Shown: one piece after another, positions 55,953 through 64,000 of the stretch
Position numbering within the stretch: position 1 is the first letter of the stretch
Layout of the letters: each line of letters begins with the position of its first letter
Assembly (NCBI GenBank): GCA_902609415.1
Contig: CACLRR010000004.1
Span: 20,643 to 84,642 of the forward strand
Length of the DNA: 64,000 bases
Direction of reading: 5' to 3'
DNA from: an uncultured Chlamydiae bacterium
GTDB lineage: Bacteria; Chlamydiota; Chlamydiia; Chlamydiales; CACLRR01
Notes under the pieces: model-generated
What the model saw: only the letters and a program-made list of their open reading frames with translations
The model's database searches: none
What the model was told of the DNA's origin: nothing
Translations under genes and position numbers: made by a program

Positions 55953-57524
55953 ATGAAAAAAAATCAAAAGAATTTAACAGAGAATTCATGGGATAAAATA
56001 GGCCTTAATCACCATCATGGAATTAACCTTACACTCTCCTCATTACATAGTAAAGAGAGTTGCGGAATCGGAGAATTCTATGACCTCATACCAATTATTA
56101 AGCTACTAGAAACTATCGGATTCGATCTGATCCAGCTTCTTCCACTTAATGATATGGGCTTTGAAACTTCGCCGTATAATGCACTTTCTTCATGTGCCCT
56201 TAATCCAATTTATCTATCTCTGAACAAACTTCCCTTTTTAGAAAAGGACTCCAAACTCAAGCAGTCCCTTATTCGTTTTAAAAAATTCACCTACCTTCAT
56301 CGGGTTGCCTATAGCTCTGTGCTCAGTGAAAAAATTGAATTCCTCTGGGAATATTTTCACAAATTTTCAACTCTATTCGAAAAAGACACAAGATTTCAAG
56401 ACTTTTTAACGAAGCACACATGGATAAAACAATATGCCCTGTTTAAAGCGCTCAAAGATCACTACAAAGATAAAAATTGGAAAGAATGGAGGGAGGTAGA
56501 CAAAAATCCTACTAAAAGACACCTTAAAGCGCTCATGGAGAGGAATTCAAAGTCTATTCTCTTCTACTCTATTGTACAATATCTATGCTTTTCTCAAATG
56601 CGTAAAGTTAAACAGGTCGCAAATAGCCATGGCATTTTTCTTAAGGGTGACATCCCTATATTGATTAGTCCTGAAAGTATGGATGTTTGGTTGTATAGGG
56701 AAGAATTCAATCAAGAAGTGCTTGCTGGTGCTCCTCCTGATAACTTTAATGAAGAAGGCCAACTATGGGGATTTCCTACCTATAATTGGAAACATATAAG
56801 ACAGGACAATTACCGCTGGTGGAAGAGGAGATTAAATATTGCTGAAGAATTCTATGATATTTTTAGAATTGATCATATCATCGGCTTCTATCGCATTTGG
56901 GGAATCAATAAAGGCCTTAAAGCAATTGAAGGGAGATATATACCAAAAGAAATTTGGACTCAATTAATTCAAGGAGAAGAGATTCTTAATAAACTGCTCT
57001 CCTTTGCCACCATGCTGCCTATTGGCGAGGATCTTGGTCTAGATATCATCCATATTCAAAAATCTATGAAATCGCTTGGTATAGCAGGAACACGCGTGAT
57101 GCGCTGGGAAAAAACACACCCATCAAACCAATTCATTCCCTTAAAGGAGTATGAACCCCTTACTCTATCTACAGTATCTACCCACGATAGTGAAACACTG
57201 GAAGAGTGGTTTAATCAAAATCAAAAAGAATCACTTCACTTCTGTACCTCACATAATATTCCTTATGAAAAAAAACTAACCCCTGAGCTTAGATTCAATC
57301 TTCTCAAGGCCTCCCATTCCACCTCCAGTCTTTTCCATATAAACCTTCTAGGAGAATACCTAGCTCTCTTTGATAATATGATCTGGCAAGAAAAGGAATT
57401 TGAAAGAATCAACATTCCTGGCAAGGTTCTACCTACCAACTGGGTCTATAAACTCCGCCCCTCAGTAGAAGAAATCATCTCTCACAAAGAACTTCAAATT
57501 CGCCTCAAATCCCTCATATCCTAA
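55953..57524 (+). CDS. malQ: 4-alpha-glucanotransferase (amylomaltase)
   Basis: GH77 motifs: SPY...S, FRIDHIIGF, GEDLG, THD. Confidence 0.9.
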   Translation: MKKNQKNLTENSWDKIGLNHHHGINLTLSSLHSKESCGIGEFYDLIPIIKLLETIGFDLIQLLPLNDMGFETSPYNALSSCALNPIYLSLNKLPFLEKDSKLKQSLIRFKKFTYLHRVAYSSVLSEKIEFLWEYFHKFSTLFEKDTRFQDFLTKHTWIKQYALFKALKDHYKDKNWKEWREVDKNPTKRHLKALMERNSKSILFYSIVQYLCFSQMRKVKQVANSHGIFLKGDIPILISPESMDVWLYREEFNQEVLAGAPPDNFNEEGQLWGFPTYNWKHIRQDNYRWWKRRLNIAEEFYDIFRIDHIIGFYRIWGINKGLKAIEGRYIPKEIWTQLIQGEEILNKLLSFATMLPIGEDLGLDIIHIQKSMKSLGIAGTRVMRWEKTHPSNQFIPLKEYEPLTLSTVSTHDSETLEEWFNQNQKESLHFCTSHNIPYEKKLTPELRFNLLKASHSTSSLFHINLLGEYLALFDNMIWQEKEFERINIPGKVLPTNWVYKLRPSVEEIISHKELQIRLKSLIS

Positions 57525-58306
57525 TGAAGATTTTTACTTGCAAAAACCTTCATAGCTCTAGACATATATAAAGCTAACTTCTTACTAAAAGACTCTATCT
57601 GCGCTCTATACTCCTGCTTATTTAGATAAAGCCTGCTCATAGCTAGATATACCTCCTTAGTACAATTGTGAAATTTAAGAGTCATAGTATAGTGCTCTTT
57701 AATAAGCTCCTGTACATCATCTGATTCTATAGATTTTTTATTTTCTATACACTCGACAAGGGCTTTAAAAAGAGTAGAATAGCCCTTTTCATACTGCTGC
57801 CACCACTCCTTACTACGTTTGCATCTATTGATCTTAGCGCTTTTAAGGAAGATCATCTCATCTTTGCTACACTTCTCCTCATTATACTCGCCAAGATAGA
57901 AGGACTCTTCACCTTTTCCTTTTGACCACTCTTTAAATCCTTCATACATTTCTTGATCGTTCATCATAATATGTTCTCCTTTGAGTTCTAAACATGTTTT
58001 GTCTAACGTCTTGATTAACTGTTTTGTTCTATCAAGACGCTTTTGAAGAGCAATCCTATGCAAATTCAATGTATTTAATCTCTCATATGAATCTACCTTC
58101 ATGATCTTCAAAATAGTCTCTAAGGAAAAATCCATCTCACGAAAAAAGAGTATCTGCTGTAGATCAAAAAGCTGTTTTTTTTCATAATTACGATATCCAG
58201 CATCACTATAAAATGCGGGTTTTAACAACCCTATCTTATCATACCAGCGTAAAGTTCTTTCTGTAACTCCCGACAACCTAGCAAGCTCTTTGACTTTGTA
58301 AGACAT
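57521..58306 (-). CDS. MerR-family transcriptional regulator, TipA-like long form
   Basis: N-terminal wHTH YKVKELARLSGVTERTLRWYDKIGLLKP, then a coiled coil and a ~150-aa C-terminal effector domain. Confidence 0.85.
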   Translation of the reverse strand: MSYKVKELARLSGVTERTLRWYDKIGLLKPAFYSDAGYRNYEKKQLFDLQQILFFREMDFSLETILKIMKVDSYERLNTLNLHRIALQKRLDRTKQLIKTLDKTCLELKGEHIMMNDQEMYEGFKEWSKGKGEESFYLGEYNEEKCSKDEMIFLKSAKINRCKRSKEWWQQYEKGYSTLFKALVECIENKKSIESDDVQELIKEHYTMTLKFHNCTKEVYLAMSRLYLNKQEYRAQIESFSKKLALYMSRAMKVFASKNLH

Positions 58307-58328
58307 ACTATCTCCTTAGAATGACTAC

Positions 58329-58359
58329 ATTGTAGACTATGACGTAACGTCAACCTCAA
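58329..58359 (-). promoter_or_regulatory. MerR-type promoter: TTGAGG, 19-bp spacer containing the dyad TGACGT-t-ACGTCA, TACAAT
   Basis: Read on the minus strand. -35 at 58359-58354, dyad at 58352-58340, -10 at 58334-58329, then AAGGAG and the merR ATG. Confidence 0.5.
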
Positions 58360-58369
58360 GAAGAATAAT

Positions 58370-60793
58370 CTAATGCACATAAATCATACAAGGAAAGCTT
58401 CTTTTTGAAAAAATATACGGGCTAGAAAGCCTCTCTTTCTGTCTTGTCAAAAGATTTTTCCAGGAAGCATATGCAGGGATATCCACAGAAGTTTGCTGCC
58501 ATCTGGGATCATCTTCTTCCCAAAGGGAAAAAAACCTAAAAGCTAAACAAAAGAGAGTTGTGTTTTGATGTGTAACAGTATAAGCAATAACAAATTGTTC
58601 CATAGGGCCATCTACTTTTAAAGGAGTAATTATTCCCTCAATAAATAGGCTCTGATATTCTTTTCTAAGATGCAAGAGCTCTCTATAGAGATGCATTCTA
58701 TAGTAACCATTATCTAAATGATTAAGCCATGAATTTAATCGGCTCTGTGTTAAACCTTCTTTTGTCTCAAATTTGATCTCTTTAAGCTTTTTTCGAAGAA
58801 ATGGAAAATCAACATCGCTTCTATTATCTGGATCAACAAGTACATACTTCCAGTACTCCTCACCTTGATACGTATCCACAATACCTATAGATGTAAGCTT
58901 GATAAGAAGAGCACTTAAACTATTTTTCTTTCCATTTTTATCCACATGATGGAGTAGCTCAAGGAAAGAATGAAAAAAAACCTCGTTTGTCGGATCAAAG
59001 ATGGTGCATACAAAGTTCTCTAATTCCCTCTCATACCCATCATCAATGGATATCCAATTAGTATAAACTTTGGCTTCTCTAGCAGCTTTAATCATGTATC
59101 TAACAAGCCTTTCTATAATAACTTGTTGCTCTTTTTTTTTCATCTTCTGGGTGGGCCAAATACCAAGTGCTACCTGATAAAGAAGGTAGCTCATATTCTT
59201 ATCTCTAAAATCTATCTTCCGATTGGCCTGATCAAAAAGATTGATGAACTTCTGAAACTTTTGAGGATCTTCAGATAAAACATTAAGTCTCATCTTCACA
59301 TCAAATGAAGTCTTTGTATCGTGAGTATTGCTTAGATCCATAGTTCTTGGATGAGTCTTAGCTCTCTCATTTGCCCATCTAAAGTATTCCTTTCTTGAAA
59401 GACCAAAAGAACCATATGAACTTCCTACCTCATTTTCTGAAAAGAGCGTAAGATGACGGTATAAAAATGTATCCTCATATCCTTTTGCATAGATCACGGG
59501 AAGCAACTGTTGTAATCTCAAATATACCTTTCTCATCTTATCACTCACAAGCACCTTTCTGCAAAAGCCCTTATACGCATCTCCTAGGGAAGATCTTTGA
59601 ATACACTTCTCAATCATCTCCTTGTCACTCTCTGAAATCGGTTCATTTTCCTTAAGATAGGTTCTATACGTAGGAAAATGTGACACAAAATCTACAATAT
59701 ACGCCTCTAAATCCTCTATAGAATAGGAAGGATCAACCCTATTGATAGCTTCCACAAGATGGTTTAAATCTCCAACAAGATAACTGCGTATATACTGAGA
59801 CTTACATAAATAGAGCTCATGGGATAATGAGTGATTAAATCCCGAATATTTTCTATAAAACGACTCGAATGACTCGTGATTTTCTTTAACAATAAATAGT
59901 TGCAATAACATATTTACAAAATCATAACCAACACTTCCATCAACTGGCCAGGAGCGCTCTAATGGCTCTCTACTTTGAAGGATCTTCTCCACAATATTAA
60001 TCGTTATAGGCAAATCTCTACGTAAACACTCTAAATATTTTTGTGGATTATAGAGCCCGTCAATATGATCAACTCTAACACCACAAATCTGTGGATAAAG
60101 CTCTATCCATCTAAATAAAGAAGCATGATAAGCATCATAGACCTCAGAATTTTCCATCTTTAATGCAATTAACTCAAAAATGTCAAAAAAACGTCTATAA
60201 TTGACATCATACCGCCCTTGATCGTAGCTAATAAGCCTATAAGACTGTTTTTCTAATAACTCTTTAATCGATAGCCCCTTCCCCTCCTCTTTTAATGGAA
60301 ATAGCTTTTTCTCTACTTTAACATACCATTGGCCCTTTATTTTTTTTCTTCTGACTCTACCTTCTTTAATTAAAAGTTCTATTTCTTTACTAAGAACTGG
60401 AAGGTGTATCGTTCCATCACTCCAATCAACATCAAAATATTCCTTATATTTTGAATCTTCACCCTTCAATAAAAGATCAAAAAACCAATGATTCTCAATC
60501 GATGCTGCCATATGATTGGAAACAATATCCACCATAAAATAAAGCCCATTTCTCTGTAATTCATCCAAAAATGCTTTAAATGCCTTATCTCCTAATAGAT
60601 CCTTATTAATATGCTCAACATCTGTAATCTGATACGGATTATTTGATCCCTTAACAATAGAAAAAAAAGGGGCACTATAAATCATCATTACACCTAAATC
60701 CTTAAGATAGGAAATAACCTTCCTAGCATCCTTAAATGTAAAAGTCTTACTTAGTTGTAATCTATATGAACTTATAATCTCTCTATTCCCCAT
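58370..60793 (-). CDS. treY: malto-oligosyltrehalose synthase (TreY-like GH13)
   Basis: SYRLQL...F.F.DA N-terminus, DIVSNHM, GVRVDHIDGL, IVEKIL, SNTHDTK. Confidence 0.75.
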   Translation of the reverse strand: MGNREIISSYRLQLSKTFTFKDARKVISYLKDLGVMMIYSAPFFSIVKGSNNPYQITDVEHINKDLLGDKAFKAFLDELQRNGLYFMVDIVSNHMAASIENHWFFDLLLKGEDSKYKEYFDVDWSDGTIHLPVLSKEIELLIKEGRVRRKKIKGQWYVKVEKKLFPLKEEGKGLSIKELLEKQSYRLISYDQGRYDVNYRRFFDIFELIALKMENSEVYDAYHASLFRWIELYPQICGVRVDHIDGLYNPQKYLECLRRDLPITINIVEKILQSREPLERSWPVDGSVGYDFVNMLLQLFIVKENHESFESFYRKYSGFNHSLSHELYLCKSQYIRSYLVGDLNHLVEAINRVDPSYSIEDLEAYIVDFVSHFPTYRTYLKENEPISESDKEMIEKCIQRSSLGDAYKGFCRKVLVSDKMRKVYLRLQQLLPVIYAKGYEDTFLYRHLTLFSENEVGSSYGSFGLSRKEYFRWANERAKTHPRTMDLSNTHDTKTSFDVKMRLNVLSEDPQKFQKFINLFDQANRKIDFRDKNMSYLLYQVALGIWPTQKMKKKEQQVIIERLVRYMIKAAREAKVYTNWISIDDGYERELENFVCTIFDPTNEVFFHSFLELLHHVDKNGKKNSLSALLIKLTSIGIVDTYQGEEYWKYVLVDPDNRSDVDFPFLRKKLKEIKFETKEGLTQSRLNSWLNHLDNGYYRMHLYRELLHLRKEYQSLFIEGIITPLKVDGPMEQFVIAYTVTHQNTTLFCLAFRFFSLWEEDDPRWQQTSVDIPAYASWKNLLTRQKERLSSPYIFSKRSFPCMIYVH

Positions 60794-60863
60794 ACTGTAA
60801 CACTAAATAATCAATCTATTCTTTAGTATTGAAATTTTTAACTCTTTTACCCATGATATAATA

Positions 60864-62411
60864 ATGAAAGTTTTTCTATTTATTATCTTCTTTTCTCTCT
60901 CACTATCTGCAGGTTATGAAGAACATGTCAATATGCTCTACTATAGCCTTGATAACACCTCACTAAAAGAATTGATGGCTTTCTATCACTTATATCCAGA
61001 TACAAAGGCAGGCAAAGACTCTCTATCACAAGCTAAGCAACTTATACAAGTTCATAAACCTGATACCTTATTCATCGATGACCTCTTTAATCTTGCAGAG
61101 ATTGAATTAGAAGCAATCATCCCAGCACTAGCTATTAAGCGAGAAAATAGCTCAACCCAACTGAGTAAAAAAGAATTAGGCATGATTGAAAGAATAACTA
61201 ACCATCTACACCATAGAAGTCTTAAAGGACACTCTGTATGGACTAAAGATGATGTGATCTCACTTGGTACGGATGAAATCGATCTCGCAAGGGCATTACT
61301 TGTCTTTCATTACGAAGATAATCCCCATAAAATTAAGGAATACGAAGCTTTTCTTGATCTAATGGCATTAGAAATCCTTGCTTCTCTTCAAAAAAATTAT
61401 ACAGAAAAAGATCTCCTCTTTGCCATCAACGATTTCATCTTCTTTAAAAAACGCTACCGCTTTCCTCCACATTCTCTGTGGGTTAAAGATGTAGACCTCT
61501 ATACGTTCTTACCATCTATCATCGACTCTAGGCAAGGCGTATGTCTTGGTGTATCCACACTCTATCTCTGCTTAAGTCAAAGACTCAATCTCCCTCTTAA
61601 GATCAAAACACCTCCAGGCCATATTTACCTCTGCTACGAAAAAAATGGCCAAGAGATTAATATTGAAACAACAGCTAGAGGTATCCATATTCCAACAAAG
61701 GAATATCTTTCTATAAATACAACACATATTAAAGCAAGAAATATACGCGAAGTAATTGGCCTAAATTATATGAATTCAGCTGCTAGATGCTTTCATTCTA
61801 AAAAATATGAAGAAGCACTCGATCTCTATAAAATTTCTGAAATTTTTCTTCCAGATGACCCCCTCATTCAAACTTTTGCAGGATATGTATCTCTTTTTGC
61901 AAATAAGATTGAAGAAGGAGAAGCTTTTTTGAAAAAAGCTTCTTCTATAATAGATCCCAATGCCCTTTTCCAAGATACAATTATAGCTGATTATTTCAAT
62001 AAGAAGGTAGACCCTCGTGGTATTGAAACAATTTTTATGGAAGTTGATGAAACAAGAGAAAGTATCCTAGAAAAAAAGGCTGCATTAGAAAAGACCCTTC
62101 TAGAATATCCTGAATTTCGTGAAGGTATCTTCCATCTTGCTCTTACTTGGCTTCAACTAGGAAGAGAAAAAGAAGCACTCATTCAACTACATCGTTACCA
62201 TGAGATAGAAAAAAATAACGCCGTAGTATCATACTATCTTGCCAATCTCTCTTTTCAGAGATATCAATATAAGGAATGCTGGGAACATCTAAATCATCTA
62301 CTTGCTCTTACAGAAAACACAAATCACCAGGATACAGCCCTAAAGGATCTTGAGAGAAAATTCTCTAGAACTAATCCAATAGCTCTTCTAGATGAAAGTT
62401 TGACTAACTAA
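60864..62411 (+). CDS. exported transglutaminase-like/TPR protein (SirB1/YchA-like)
   Basis: Signal peptide, a GVCLGVSTLYLCL core, and C-terminal TPR-like helices. Assignment is from memory of the family. Confidence 0.4.
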   Translation: MKVFLFIIFFSLSLSAGYEEHVNMLYYSLDNTSLKELMAFYHLYPDTKAGKDSLSQAKQLIQVHKPDTLFIDDLFNLAEIELEAIIPALAIKRENSSTQLSKKELGMIERITNHLHHRSLKGHSVWTKDDVISLGTDEIDLARALLVFHYEDNPHKIKEYEAFLDLMALEILASLQKNYTEKDLLFAINDFIFFKKRYRFPPHSLWVKDVDLYTFLPSIIDSRQGVCLGVSTLYLCLSQRLNLPLKIKTPPGHIYLCYEKNGQEINIETTARGIHIPTKEYLSINTTHIKARNIREVIGLNYMNSAARCFHSKKYEEALDLYKISEIFLPDDPLIQTFAGYVSLFANKIEEGEAFLKKASSIIDPNALFQDTIIADYFNKKVDPRGIETIFMEVDETRESILEKKAALEKTLLEYPEFREGIFHLALTWLQLGREKEALIQLHRYHEIEKNNAVVSYYLANLSFQRYQYKECWEHLNHLLALTENTNHQDTALKDLERKFSRTNPIALLDESLTN

Positions 62412-63311
62412 AATCTTTCTATATTGCTGTAGTTTAATAAGATTTATAGTTGCCATATCCCTATAGACATTAATCGTTCCATCTATAAGATAAGACTGAT
62501 ATAGCATAAATACAATGGTATGTAAAAGACGTGCCTCAACAAAAAGATCAAGTGCACCCATCTCCCTATCATCCATCATACGTATCGATAAATAACCGCG
62601 CATAAAACAATCTAACATCAACTTATGTCTCTGATCTTGATCGGAGTAATCAATCTTTTTCAAGATTGCTCCAATATCAAAAGCAAAATAATCAGTATTG
62701 ACATTGTATAGGTCTAAGATCCCTATAATCTTATTCTCACTAAACAACACATTCTTAGGCCAAATATCTCCATGAATTAATCCTGAAGGAAGATCTGCTG
62801 GGATTTCTTCAATCAAGTGTTCAAGCCTTGTCTGTAATACTCTAAACTCTGAAGGAATAAGGTGTTCAATTGCAAGCAACTGATATTTGATCTCAAACAG
62901 AAAAGGAAGTCTTTCCTTGTCTGTTTTAAAAGTAGATCCGGCTACATGCATAGAAGCCATCATCTGACCTATCAAATAATACTCCTCTTCTTTCCATTTC
63001 ATAACTTTTCCCTGATGGTATGACCAAAGAACAGCTTCATTTCCTGCCATCCTTCCAGTCCAAAGGAGGGTTGCTACAGGGAAACCATGTTGAGTATAAA
63101 AATTAGAAGCATCCTGCATAAAAGCTCTTACTTCCTTATTTATAGAACGATCATGTAAGACAAGAATAAACTTACCCTCACTTGTCTTAACTAAATAGGT
63201 AGTAGAGTTATAAGCCTCAGATAAATAGTGGACTTTACGTAACATTCCAAAACCCTCACTCAAAAGAGTTCTTCTCACGCTCTCTTTCTGTAACGACATC
63301 AGCTTATGCAT
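62388..63311 (-). CDS. phosphotransferase of the APH/choline-kinase/type II homoserine-kinase family
   Basis: Brenner motif LIHGDIWPKNVLF followed by ILDLYN. Confidence 0.65.
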   Translation of the reverse strand: MHKLMSLQKESVRRTLLSEGFGMLRKVHYLSEAYNSTTYLVKTSEGKFILVLHDRSINKEVRAFMQDASNFYTQHGFPVATLLWTGRMAGNEAVLWSYHQGKVMKWKEEEYYLIGQMMASMHVAGSTFKTDKERLPFLFEIKYQLLAIEHLIPSEFRVLQTRLEHLIEEIPADLPSGLIHGDIWPKNVLFSENKIIGILDLYNVNTDYFAFDIGAILKKIDYSDQDQRHKLMLDCFMRGYLSIRMMDDREMGALDLFVEARLLHTIVFMLYQSYLIDGTINVYRDMATINLIKLQQYRKILVSQTFI

Positions 63312-63396
63312 ATAATTACACTAAAATAGTAAAATCTTCTTTTAAACAAACAATTAATTCCTTGCAAATAGAAACGCATTATCATAGGATAAATTT

Positions 63397-63711
63397 ATGA
63401 AAAAGATTACAATTCTTCTTTCTATTTTTTCATCTCTTCTTGCTTCAACACCTGCAGAAGATGCAATAAAAACATATCTTCCCCCTCAAGGAAAGGTGCT
63501 TGACATCCAAATTATTGATCCTAATAAAGGAATTATAGAGCTCTCTGATAATTCCTCCTTTAAAATTCTGCCTAAATATGAAACGACACTTAAAGGTTGG
63601 CTCTTTGGTGTTAAAGTGACCGTTACTCCCCTTCATGGAAAATCAACTACCTACCTTATTCAAGATATCAAAACAAAACAGATTGTAAAAGCAACAAAGG
63701 TTTCACAATAA
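63397..63711 (+). CDS. hypothetical small exported protein
   Basis: 104 aa. Signal peptide MKKITILLSIFSSLLAS. Confidence 0.5.
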   Translation: MKKITILLSIFSSLLASTPAEDAIKTYLPPQGKVLDIQIIDPNKGIIELSDNSSFKILPKYETTLKGWLFGVKVTVTPLHGKSTTYLIQDIKTKQIVKATKVSQ

Positions 63712-63735
63712 TTTCAGATCCTCTATAAGAGAATC

Positions 63736-64000
63736 ATGAAAGAGATCATCAAACGTACAATATCACCCCTCAGTGCCTTACTTATTATTATGCTAGGGCT
63801 TACTTATTTCAACACCTTTGTTACTCTTCGGATCTCCCTTGAAGGTTATAATAGCCTGATTATCGGTCCACTTTATGCTTCCTACTATGCTGGGATGATG
63901 ATTGGAGCCTTCTATATGGAAAATATCATAAAGATGACAGGGCATATAAGAGCCTTCTCACTCTTTGCCTCAATTACAGCCTTATCTATTATTTTTCATA
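63736..64000 (+). CDS. membrane transporter, MFS-like, 3' end cut by window edge
   Basis: ATG at 63736, frame open to the window end. Hydrophobic helices. Not in the supplied ORF track because it has no stop. Confidence 0.4.
   Translation, partial: MKEIIKRTISPLSALLIIMLGLTYFNTFVTLRISLEGYNSLIIGPLYASYYAGMMIGAFYMENIIKMTGHIRAFSLFASITALSIIFH

Overview
AT-rich bacterial chromosome segment (G+C judged by eye at roughly one third, not computed). It reads as a member of the phylum Chlamydiae, probably an environmental or amoeba-associated lineage rather than Chlamydia proper.

Basis for the assignment:
- The block rpsA-nusA-infB-rbfA-truB-ribF-ychF-sctU-sctV-copN/sctW-class I chaperone-malQ (42.2-57.5 kb) is colinear with what I recall as C. 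trachomatis CT098 down to CT087.
- rpe/efp/accB/accC (36.4-41.2 kb) recalls CT121-CT124, here with a HAD hydrolase and yvcK inserted.
- Genes not expected in Chlamydiaceae are present: aconitase, glutamate decarboxylase, NDH-2, treY and many transporters.

Content: about 60 protein genes and six tRNAs (Ile-GAU, Ala-UGC, Tyr-GUA, Thr-UGU, Val-UAC, Asp-GUC). I found no rRNA, CRISPR array, transposase, integrase or phage genes. Most of the window is ordinary housekeeping sequence.

Parts worth a second look:
1. An NDH-2 respiratory dehydrogenase fused in frame to a cyclic-nucleotide-binding domain.
2. Two clusters of small orphan genes (2.0-3.7 kb and 10.1-11.7 kb). They have extended -10 promoters, strong SD sites and a shared family of terminator hairpins. 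One encodes ten perfect-register 11-residue repeats.
3. Three tandem paralogous beta-barrel-like outer-membrane proteins, followed by a pentapeptide-repeat protein whose 5' end is broken or gated by an A9 tract.
4. A 205-aa orphan with a SANT/Myb-like segment, a basic NLS-like patch and a nested 22-bp palindrome inside its 3' coding end.
5. A textbook MerR-type promoter (19-bp spacer with a dyad) between treY and a TipA-like merR gene, next to the T3SS/malQ locus.
6. A 413-bp start-codon-less open frame splitting sctU from sctV.

I cannot show that any of these is undescribed. All functional statements about orphans are inference from sequence patterns read by eye, without database searches.
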